NCBI GenBank assembly: GCA_023663615.1
Contig: JAMPHA010000001.1
Coordinates: forward strand, 153,928 to 217,927
DNA from: Clostridium sp.
GTDB lineage: Bacteria; Bacillota; Clostridia; Lachnospirales; Lachnospiraceae
Direction of reading: 5' to 3'
DNA length: 64,000 bases
The stretch's first letter is position 1. Every line of letters begins with the position of its first letter. Below are positions 50,971 to 58,843 of this stretch, one piece after another. The position numbers were made by a program, and so were the translations under genes. The notes beneath the pieces are model-generated. The model worked only from the letters and a program-made list of their open reading frames with translations, searched no databases and had not been told where the DNA came from.

Positions 50971-51437
50971 AAAATCGGTATTTTGAAAATGAGGAGATTA
51001 TGCCGAACGATTTATTTTTTGTTTGCTATATGATTGAACGTGTTGCAAGAAAGCTGCATCAAAAAAATCAGTATGTTGTAAATACGATCGGCAGGGATGC
51101 GATGTATCATCTGCTCAGTGTCGCAAATGTCATTCATTCGCAGAACCCGTTGGATGTGGAAGACGACTGGGTGGAAGCATATGACCTTCATTACGGAGAT
51201 TTTGACAGGTGTGATGTGGATAAAGAATTAGTATCGAAGCTGCCGACGGCAGTGCAAATGGGAAAAGTTTATCAAAGGCTGATTAGGGATACCGCTTTGC
51301 AGAGTGAGGATGAGGTAGAAGGGATTTTCCGGGTTTACAATAGCGATATATGCAGCGTGATCGACAATTACAATTGCAGTGCATACTTTGAGCCATCTTA
51401 TGTGATCGCAAGGGCGTATCAGGAAGGCGGGTTTTAG
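50967..51437 (+). CDS. DUF3791-like protein (156 aa)
   Basis: LFFVCYMIERVARKLHQKNQYVVNTIGRDAMYHLLSVANVIHSQNPLDVEDDWVEAY resembles DUF3791, which commonly neighbours DUF3990. The ATG overlaps the DUF3990 stop (ATGA 50967-50970). Confidence 0.6.
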   Translation: MKNRYFENEEIMPNDLFFVCYMIERVARKLHQKNQYVVNTIGRDAMYHLLSVANVIHSQNPLDVEDDWVEAYDLHYGDFDRCDVDKELVSKLPTAVQMGKVYQRLIRDTALQSEDEVEGIFRVYNSDICSVIDNYNCSAYFEPSYVIARAYQEGGF

Positions 51438-51544
51438 ATTTGGTCCGGCTTTCTGATACGCCCTTACCGGCATTCTGCATATTTTGAGAGGGACATGCCG
51501 ATAAGACCTGCCCATGAAATTCTTTGGAATAGTCCATCCCCAGC

Positions 51545-52018
51545 CTAACTTATATATAATTTTATATACGACAGCATTTCGGCAATCCGCATAGTTTCCT
51601 CTACATACGCTAAATCATTATCTGCCATAATGACATCATCTAAAATAATACGGTACTGCATATCTTTTAATTCTGCATTATCCTTAAACCGGATTTTGGG
51701 AAATTCCGCAATTTCATGCTGCTTATTTACTTGTTGGATCAAACTATCCGGTTTTGACATATCAATGTAGGGGAGAATACCAACGCCAAATTCAAAAACA
51801 AAATGATTTACATCTTGAGCTTTGATAACAGAGTCAATCGTTACATTGAAAATAATAGAGATTTTTTCTAATATCTCTATATCCGGAACCGTTTCTCCGC
51901 ATTCCCATTTTGAAACAGCCTGCGGTGATACACCAGCCTGTTCTGCCAACTGCTGTTGCGTCCAACCTCTCCCTTTTCGTAATTTGATAAGATGCTTTCC
52001 CATTTTTTGCATATCCAT
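51545..52018 (-). CDS. XRE-family HTH regulator with C-terminal FlhA(FHIPEP)-linker-like segment
   Basis: N-terminal LRKGRGWTQQQLAEQAGVSPQAVSKWECGETVPDIEILEKISIIF (HTH_3). The C-terminal FVFEFGVGILPYID...FPKIRFKDNAELKDMQYRIILDDVIMADNDL resembles the conserved start of FlhA cytoplasmic domains. Confidence 0.8.
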   Translation of the reverse strand: MDMQKMGKHLIKLRKGRGWTQQQLAEQAGVSPQAVSKWECGETVPDIEILEKISIIFNVTIDSVIKAQDVNHFVFEFGVGILPYIDMSKPDSLIQQVNKQHEIAEFPKIRFKDNAELKDMQYRIILDDVIMADNDLAYVEETMRIAEMLSYIKLYIS

Positions 52019-52119
52019 AGTAATGCCTCCTTTTTCATTTGATGAAAAAATTATATCATCCGTTTTCAGTGCATACTATCAAATAGCAATTGATTTACAC
52101 AACGATTAGTTAAGCTGTC

Positions 52120-52992
52120 CTACGCCTGCTTATGCCGCATCCGGAACTGCTTCGGCGTGCAGCCGCGGTACTTTTTGAAACTCTTAATCATATGGCTGCA
52201 ATCGGAAAAGCCGGTCTCCTGGCTGATGTAGGTTAAGTCGAAGCTCGTAAAAAGAAGAAAATCCTCCACCTTAAAAATTTTCATTTCTTCAATATAAGTC
52301 TTGCAGCTCTTTCCGTAAAGCTGATGAAATTTCTTGGCAAAGCACGAATAGCTGAGACCGCACTTGGACGCAATATCGGCGACCTGAAGATTTTCCTTGA
52401 TGTTAGAGTCGATATATTCCGTAACGCTGTCGATGTCGTATTGAGCGTCGGCGGCGAACACATCATGGTCGATCGAGAAACCGTCGCGCATCCAGCGGCG
52501 GATGATATTCATTAAAAGATGATAGAGTTTTGTCTGGATGATCTTGTCATAGCCGTATTCCTGTTTTTGCAGTTCGTCCACACAGTCCGAAAAAAGGCGC
52601 TTGCACTCCATCTGCTCCGCCTCCGCGGCGGAAAAATAGAACGGCAGATGCTTATCATGCGCGCTTTTTACAATACTGCGCAGCTTTGGCGCATAGGAAG
52701 ACGTGATGTGGATGCGGTTGATGTCAAATTTGAGCACAATATAGCGCAGCGGCCCCGGCGCGGCGGCATAAATGGAATGGACCGACTGCGGATGAAAAAA
52801 GACCATATCACCGATATTGGCAATGTGGACATTTTCGTCTGTATGCATTTCGGCGCTGCCCTCCAGCATAAAGATCAATTCCGCAAAATAATGCCAGTGC
52901 GGTCTGACCGGAAAACGGTTTTGCCCGGCATCATAGACAAAACATTCAAAAGGCATATTCAGTGCATTTCCGGCTTCAAAAAGATTATACAT
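52120..52992 (-). CDS. AraC-family transcriptional regulator (cupin sensor plus HTH)
   Basis: The N-terminal cupin has HWHYFAELIFMLEG. The C-terminus has two HTH_18 motifs (LQVADIASKCGLSYSCFAKKF...ISQETGFSDCSHMIKSFKKYRGCTPKQFR). It is divergent from araA. Confidence 0.85.
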   Translation of the reverse strand: MYNLFEAGNALNMPFECFVYDAGQNRFPVRPHWHYFAELIFMLEGSAEMHTDENVHIANIGDMVFFHPQSVHSIYAAAPGPLRYIVLKFDINRIHITSSYAPKLRSIVKSAHDKHLPFYFSAAEAEQMECKRLFSDCVDELQKQEYGYDKIIQTKLYHLLMNIIRRWMRDGFSIDHDVFAADAQYDIDSVTEYIDSNIKENLQVADIASKCGLSYSCFAKKFHQLYGKSCKTYIEEMKIFKVEDFLLFTSFDLTYISQETGFSDCSHMIKSFKKYRGCTPKQFRMRHKQA

Positions 52993-53189
52993 ACAAACAT
53001 TCTCCCCAAAGCGACTGTGATTTCAAACATTGCCTCTAAGTATAGCATGTCCGCGCGGAAAATGCATCCTCTTTTCCGTTGAACTGAATGGATAAATTTG
53101 CTATAATAAATGCAAAAAATAACGGTCAGACCGTGTGATCCGGCAAGCGCACGGGGAAACTGTTTATAAAAAAATAAGGAGGACACGCA

Positions 53190-54686
53190 ATGTTGACAAG
53201 AAAACAATATCAATTTTGGTTTTGCACCGGATCTCAGGATCTGTACGGGGATGAATGCCTTGCCCATGTAGCGGAACATGCAAAGATCATCGTGCAGAAG
53301 TTGAATGAATCGGGTAAGCTGCCGTTTGAGATCGTCTGGAAACCGACGCTGATTACAAACGAACTGATCCGGAAGACATTCAATGAGGCGAATACGGATG
53401 AGCGCTGCGCGGGCGTCATTACGTGGATGCATACGTTTTCTCCGGCAAAATCATGGATCATCGGACTTCAGGAGTATCGTAAGCCGCTGCTCCATCTGCA
53501 CACGCAGTTTAATGAGGAAATCCCCTATGATACGATCGACATGGATTTCATGAATGAGAACCAGTCGGCGCATGGGGACAGAGAATACGGACATATTGTT
53601 TCACGCATGGGAATCGAAAGAAAAGTTGTGGTCGGACATTGGGCGGATGAAGCGGTACAGGATCGGATCGCATCGTGGATGCGCACGGCGGTCGGCGTTG
53701 TGGAATCGAGCCATGTGCGCGTAATGCGCGTTGCCGACAATATGCGCAATGTTGCCGTGACCGAAGGAGACAAGGTTGAGGCGCAGCTCAAATTTGGCTG
53801 GGAGGTCGATACGTATCCGGTCAATGAGATTGCGGCGGCAGTCGATGCGGTGTCGGAATCCGACACCAATGCGCTTGTGGATGAATATTATGACAAATAC
53901 GAAATTCTGTTAGAGGGCAGGGATGCCGCGGAATTCCGCAGGCATGTTGCCGTACAGGCGCAGATCGAGCTTGGCTTTGAGCGCTTTTTGGAAGAAAAAA
54001 ATTATCAGGCGATCGTGACGCATTTCGGCGATCTCGGCGCATTGAAGCAGCTTCCCGGACTGGCGATCCAGCGCCTGATGCAAAAAGGATACGGTTTCGG
54101 TGCCGAGGGCGATTGGAAAGTTGCCGCCATGGTGCGTATTATGAAGCTGATGACGCAGGACATGCCGGATGCAAAAGGTACGTCCATGCTGGAGGACTAT
54201 ACCTATAACTTTGTCAAGGGAAAAGAAGGAATTTTACAGGCGCATATGCTGGAAATCTGCCCGTCCATTGCCGACGGTCCGATCAGCATCAAGTGTCAGC
54301 CGCTTTCCATGGGCGACAGAGAAGATCCTGCAAGGCTTGTATTTACGTCCAAGGAAGGAAAGGGAATTGCGGTATCCATGATTGACCTTGGCAGTCGTTT
54401 CCGCCTGATCATCAACGACGTCAACTGCAAAAAGACGGAAAAGCCGATGCCGAAGCTCCCGGTTGCCACGAACTTCTGGACGCCGGAGCCGGATCTGTAC
54501 ACAGGCGCGGAAGCATGGATCCTTGCAGGCGGCGCGCATCATACCGCGTTCACATACGATCTGACAGCGGAGCAGATGGGAGACTGGGCTGCGGCAATGG
54601 GAATCGAGGCGGTCTATATTGATGCGAATACGAATATCCGCGATTTCAAGAAAGATCTCATGCTCGGAGAATTGGTGTATCGCTAA
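53190..54686 (+). CDS. araA: L-arabinose isomerase
   Basis: 498 aa. FWFCTGSQDLYGDE...VITWMHTFSPAKSWI...NQSAHGDREYGHI...AHHTAFTYD is typical of AraA. AAGGAGGA RBS. Confidence 0.93.
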   Translation: MLTRKQYQFWFCTGSQDLYGDECLAHVAEHAKIIVQKLNESGKLPFEIVWKPTLITNELIRKTFNEANTDERCAGVITWMHTFSPAKSWIIGLQEYRKPLLHLHTQFNEEIPYDTIDMDFMNENQSAHGDREYGHIVSRMGIERKVVVGHWADEAVQDRIASWMRTAVGVVESSHVRVMRVADNMRNVAVTEGDKVEAQLKFGWEVDTYPVNEIAAAVDAVSESDTNALVDEYYDKYEILLEGRDAAEFRRHVAVQAQIELGFERFLEEKNYQAIVTHFGDLGALKQLPGLAIQRLMQKGYGFGAEGDWKVAAMVRIMKLMTQDMPDAKGTSMLEDYTYNFVKGKEGILQAHMLEICPSIADGPISIKCQPLSMGDREDPARLVFTSKEGKGIAVSMIDLGSRFRLIINDVNCKKTEKPMPKLPVATNFWTPEPDLYTGAEAWILAGGAHHTAFTYDLTAEQMGDWAAAMGIEAVYIDANTNIRDFKKDLMLGELVYR

Positions 54687-54813
54687 AAAAGAGTTTGTAT
54701 AAACCCGTCGGCAAATGGCAATCCTTGGAACAGAGACGACAGAGAGTGTGACCGTTTCGGTAAAAGCCGCGCGGTCATTGCTGGAACGTCCGAAAAAGAA
54801 AGGAGTATCTGCC

Positions 54814-55272
54814 ATGACGCTGACAGAAAAAGAGACAAACGCATTAAAAGATTTACAGACACAGGAGAAGTCCTGCATTACCAAGTATCAGAAATACGCT
54901 GCCGAAGCGAAGGACACGGAGTTAAAAAGTCTGTTTAAGACGCTGCAGGAGGACGAGCAGAAGCACTACCAGTCGATCGGACAGGCATTAAACGGCGAGG
55001 TTCCGAGCTGTGACTGCAACGATTCCCAGGGGAAAAATTACAGCCCGAAAGGCACATACCGCGACGGTGCAGACGCGGCGGATAAGGAGCATGACAATTT
55101 CCTTGCTACGGACTGCATCGGAACGGAGAAGCTTGTGTCCGGCGAATACAATGAGCATGTTTTCTGCTGCAGCAGCTCCCCGCTGCGCAAGCTGCTTGCC
55201 GATATTCAGATCGAGGAGCAGAACCATGCCGAGATGCTCTATAAGTATAAAGAGGCAAACGCGATGGCATAA
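54814..55272 (+). CDS. CotF-like spore coat protein (Coat_F / ferritin-like four-helix)
   Basis: LTEKETNALKDLQTQEKSCITKYQKYAAEAKDTELKSLFKTLQEDEQKHYQSI ... LLADIQIEEQNHAEMLYKY. AAAGGAG RBS before 54814. The upstream part of the tracked ORF lacks support. Confidence 0.55.
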   Translation: MTLTEKETNALKDLQTQEKSCITKYQKYAAEAKDTELKSLFKTLQEDEQKHYQSIGQALNGEVPSCDCNDSQGKNYSPKGTYRDGADAADKEHDNFLATDCIGTEKLVSGEYNEHVFCCSSSPLRKLLADIQIEEQNHAEMLYKYKEANAMA

Positions 55273-55294
55273 AAAGAGTTTGCTATATAAGTGA

Positions 55295-55324
55295 AAGGCT
55301 TTCGCGTAAGCGGAAGCCTTTTGC
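55295..55324. terminator. hairpin terminator between convergent genes
   Basis: AAGGCTTTCGC-GTAA-GCGGAAGCCTT (11-bp stem with one G-U pair and a GTAA loop), followed by TTTTG. Confidence 0.6.
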
Positions 55325-55330
55325 GTTTAC

Positions 55331-56692
55331 CTACACCAGCGAATAAGCGATATGGCGCAGACGCCTTGTGATCTCATTGCAGCCGGCGTCACAGCGCTGG
55401 ATGAAATAGAGCATGATGAAATTGGATTTGGGGGAAACGGTAAAATAAGTACCGCACCAGCCGTCCCAGCCGAACTCGCCCACATCCGCATTGGTGCCGC
55501 AGGCAGCAGGATCGGTCAAATGCCGCATCAGGTTGCCGTAGCGGTAACCGCGCAGGGAATCCCAATTCCAGTCGGGAGCATAGTCATCCGAAAGCTGCGG
55601 AGAACACAGGAAAGAAACCGTATTCGCGCCGAGGATGCGCCGCCCCTGCCAGACGCCGCCGTTTAGGAGCATTGTGGCAAAATGAGAATAGTCCCCGATC
55701 GTGGACATGAGTCCTGCGCCGCCGGACTCAAAGGCAGGCGCGTGGTCGCAGCCCTCCATACCGAGATTTTTGCCGGGCTGCGGTGCAATCGTCATGCGTT
55801 TACCACTCTGATAAGTAGAGAAAGAAGAAAGCGCATCGACAACGCCGCCCTTTGACGCCGTATTGCTCTGCAGAATATCCGCCGCGTCCGCCCCGGCGTG
55901 CGTCAGCGTTTCCGCCGTGTCCGTACCGACGTGCGCCAGCTTTTCCGCCGTGTCCGCACCGAGACATTCCGAGCAGCGGTATAATTCGGCAAAACGGTGT
56001 TTTTTTTCGTCGGGAACATAGAAATCCGTATCTTTCATATCGAGCGGATCAAAGAGCTCCTGCTTCAAAAAATGACTGAGCCGCATACCGGAGGCAGCCT
56101 CGATAACGGCGCCGAGCACATCGGCGGACGTGCCGTACATCCAATGCGCGCCGGGCTGAAAGGCGAGCGGAATCCTGCCTAAACGGTTGGCGAGCTGCAT
56201 CGTTGTAAACGGGATACCGTTGTCCTGTGCAGTCATCATTTCATCGAAAAGAGCGGCGACAGCCTTTCCGGCAGGCGTACAGTCATCCGGGTAGGAGAGC
56301 CCGGACGTCATATTTAACAGGTCCGAGATCCGCACCGCGCGCAAAGCGGGAACGGTCTGTGCAGTGCCGGGCAGGAATACCTGTTGACCGTGAAAGTCAG
56401 GAAGATAAGTTTCAACCGAATCAACAGGATCTAAAACGCCGCGCTCCATTAACAGCATGGCAGCGGCGCCGATAATCGGTTTTGTCATGGAAAAAATGCG
56501 GAATATCGTATCGTCCGCCATGGGAACCTGTTTTTCGATGTTTGCCATTCCGTAAGATGCGCGGTGAAGCACAAGACCGTCTTTTAAGAGCAGAAGATTC
56601 GCCCCGGCGAGATTGCCGCGTGCGATTTCTGACCGGATCAGATTGTCCATATCTTTTATGCGTGTCTGTTTGAACTCCATTTTCATGACCAT
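55331..56692 (-). CDS. serine hydrolase, beta-lactamase/esterase (class C-like) family
   Basis: SxxK motif FSMTKPIIGAAAMLL and a YGTS-like (Tyr) motif. It contains a 33-nt x2 tandem repeat insertion. Confidence 0.8.
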   Translation of the reverse strand: MVMKMEFKQTRIKDMDNLIRSEIARGNLAGANLLLLKDGLVLHRASYGMANIEKQVPMADDTIFRIFSMTKPIIGAAAMLLMERGVLDPVDSVETYLPDFHGQQVFLPGTAQTVPALRAVRISDLLNMTSGLSYPDDCTPAGKAVAALFDEMMTAQDNGIPFTTMQLANRLGRIPLAFQPGAHWMYGTSADVLGAVIEAASGMRLSHFLKQELFDPLDMKDTDFYVPDEKKHRFAELYRCSECLGADTAEKLAHVGTDTAETLTHAGADAADILQSNTASKGGVVDALSSFSTYQSGKRMTIAPQPGKNLGMEGCDHAPAFESGGAGLMSTIGDYSHFATMLLNGGVWQGRRILGANTVSFLCSPQLSDDYAPDWNWDSLRGYRYGNLMRHLTDPAACGTNADVGEFGWDGWCGTYFTVSPKSNFIMLYFIQRCDAGCNEITRRLRHIAYSLV

Positions 56693-56720
56693 GCCGCCTT
56701 TCCCGCGGTCTGCTTTGAAA

Positions 56721-57161
56721 TCAGTGTTTGGTGAGCAGTACGCGCAGAACCATGCCGAGTCCGCCGAAGATCAGGACAAGCAGTAAAATCCAGTCAAACA
56801 GCGTCATCGTGAGCAGATGGAAATCCGTGGACATAATGACCGCGGCAATGATGATGAGCGCCGCCGCACCCATGAACAGCTTTGCCGCGAAACTTTTCGG
56901 AGCCGCGAACAGCCATACGATCCCGATGATGAGCGGAACAATGACCATACCGGATCGCATATGAAAACCGCGGATGGCAAAGCCTGTCGAGAAAAAGCTG
57001 GAATACACGAGTACTTTTTGTGAAAAAAAGAATAACCCCGCGACCAGCATGGCAAGACCGCCCAAAAACAGACCAAGCTCCTTTAATGGCGAGGTTTCGG
57101 AACCGTCGGAATCGGTATGTATATGAATATGGTAATCGTCATCATGATCTTTTTTGCTCAT
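56721..57161 (-). CDS. small polytopic membrane protein with His/Asp-rich N-terminus
   Basis: MSKKDHDDDYHIHIHTDSDGSE followed by four hydrophobic helices. GGGAGGGA RBS before the ATG at 57161. The longer tracked ORF (to 57440) has no RBS. Confidence 0.45.
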   Translation of the reverse strand: MSKKDHDDDYHIHIHTDSDGSETSPLKELGLFLGGLAMLVAGLFFFSQKVLVYSSFFSTGFAIRGFHMRSGMVIVPLIIGIVWLFAAPKSFAAKLFMGAAALIIIAAVIMSTDFHLLTMTLFDWILLLVLIFGGLGMVLRVLLTKH

Positions 57162-57396
57162 AAGTATCCCTCCCGCCGCGCCGCGGCAATCCACAGTCCT
57201 GTTTTGTCTGCTGTCACAGTTAGTATAACGGCATTCGTGCTTTTTTGCAAGCAGTTCGTGGAGGCGCGGTGTGGATTGCACTTCTGAGGCGCGGTGTTTT
57301 GCGCTCGTGAGGTGCATTTTAGTGTTTGCGGGCTTGCGCATTTGCAGGTATACTGATATGATAAATCGTGTTTGTGGAGTGCCTGAAACCGGATAA

Positions 57397-57528
57397 CTGC
57401 TTTGCAAGCTGATAGCCGCCCATGTGACCTTTGTTGGCATGGAGCAGGTTGCTCCTGTTTAAAAACGGAATGATCTGTTCCAAATATTTTTTGGAAATAT
57501 TCTGACGGGCGGAAATGTCCTTTAAGGA
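57397..57528 (-). pseudogene. Rrf2-family (CymR/IscR-like) regulator fragment, HTH segment only
   Basis: Reverse-strand hand translation gives SLKDISARQNISKKYLEQIIPFLNRSNLLHANKGHMGGYQLAKQ. Compare Bacillus CymR ...SLKSIAQTNNLSEHYLEQLVSPLRNAGLVKSIRGAYGGYVLG. A stop lies 10 codons upstream in frame and there is no start codon. The N-terminal ~25 aa and the C-terminal half are missing. Confidence 0.55.
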
Positions 57529-57536
57529 GTAAAACG

Positions 57537-58610
57537 ATGGAGAGAAAAGCGGTCATAGCGATGAGCGGCGGCGTGGATTCGAGTGTTGCCGCCTATATCA
57601 TAAAAGAGCAGGGGTATCAGTGCATGGGCGTTACCATGAAGCTTTTTCATAATGAAGACATCGGTATTTCCGGACAACATTCCTGCTGCTCGTTAGACGA
57701 CGTCGAGGATGCGAGGAGCGTGGCGCGCGCACTGGATATTCCATACCATGTGTTCAATTTTTCCGAGCGTTTTCGGGAAGACGTGATCGACCGTTTCGTA
57801 TCGGCGTATGAAAACGGGATGACGCCGAACCCCTGCATCGACTGCAACCGGTATCTGAAATTTGACAAGCTGTATCGCCGCGCGGAAGAACTGGGGTATG
57901 AAAATGTCGTGACCGGGCATTATGCGCGCATTGAGCGGGATGCTTCCACAGGAAGGTATCTGTTGAGAAAAGCGCTTGACCCAAATAAAGATCAAAGTTA
58001 TGTGCTGTACTCCCTGACGCAGGAGCAGCTCGCACATACGCTGTTTCCTCTTGGCGATAAGAAAAAAGAAGACGTCCGGGCAATCGCGCAGGCGCAGGGC
58101 TTTATCAATGCAAAAAAGCACGACAGTCAGGATATTTGCTTTGTACAGCAGGGAAATTATGCTGATTTTATCGAGCAGTACACGGGAAAATGTTATCCGG
58201 AGGGAGATTTTGTGGACCGTGAGGGAACGGTGATCGGCAGGCACAAGGGGATCATCCGCTATACGATCGGACAGCGCAAAGGACTCGGTATCTCCGCGCC
58301 GGAGCCGCTCTATGTATGCGCGGTCGATCCGACAGCGCAGACCGTTACGCTGGGAAAGGAGCAGGAGCTCTATACAAGAACGCTGACAGCCGGAGAGATG
58401 AATTTTATATCGGTTCCTTTTCTGGAGGGGACCGTACATTTGAAAGCAAAGGTGCGCTATCGGCAGACGGAGCAGCCGGCGGCAGTCACACAGACGGGCG
58501 CCGATACGATCCGTCTGGAGTTTGACGAGCCGCAGCGCGCCATCACCAAAGGGCAGTCCGTGGTTCTTTATGACGGGGATCTGGTGGTCGGCGGCGGGAT
58601 CATTCAGTGA
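57537..58610 (+). CDS. mnmA: tRNA 2-thiouridine(34) synthase
   Basis: PP-loop AMSGGVDSSVAA, plus CCS..D..DA and NPCIDCN motifs. 357 aa. AAGGAG RBS. Confidence 0.93.
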   Translation: MERKAVIAMSGGVDSSVAAYIIKEQGYQCMGVTMKLFHNEDIGISGQHSCCSLDDVEDARSVARALDIPYHVFNFSERFREDVIDRFVSAYENGMTPNPCIDCNRYLKFDKLYRRAEELGYENVVTGHYARIERDASTGRYLLRKALDPNKDQSYVLYSLTQEQLAHTLFPLGDKKKEDVRAIAQAQGFINAKKHDSQDICFVQQGNYADFIEQYTGKCYPEGDFVDREGTVIGRHKGIIRYTIGQRKGLGISAPEPLYVCAVDPTAQTVTLGKEQELYTRTLTAGEMNFISVPFLEGTVHLKAKVRYRQTEQPAAVTQTGADTIRLEFDEPQRAITKGQSVVLYDGDLVVGGGIIQ

Positions 58611-58843
58611 ATCAGATACGCTTATCTATTGCTAAAACCTATAACCACCGAAAGGAAAAATAAATTACGCATACGTCTTTTTTTTATGGTATAGTAGGGA
58701 AAGATCAAAAGCCTATTATTTCGATAGGAATAAAGTGCAAAAAAAAGAAACGTGCGGGAACGGACAGGCCGTGAGGCAGATCGGGAGGTAGATCACGCGA
58801 CAGATCACGAGACAGACCGTGAGACAGATCGGGAGGAGCAGGA

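Noticed and set aside
47200-52110. Calling the AT-rich island a prophage, ICE or transposon (mobile_element feature)
   Set aside because: No integrase, recombinase, transposase, relaxase, phage structural gene, flanking tRNA or clear terminal direct or inverted repeats could be found by eye. It is reported only as a compositionally foreign island.
58611-58843. S-box (SAM-I) or T-box leader upstream of the Cys/Met PLP-enzyme genes; likewise upstream of cysK (61179-61410)
   Set aside because: I could find no GGTGGTACCGCG T-box sequence and no S-box core (…GAGGGA…GCAACC… pattern). Only short direct repeats are present. A covariance-model scan would be needed to exclude diverged riboswitches.
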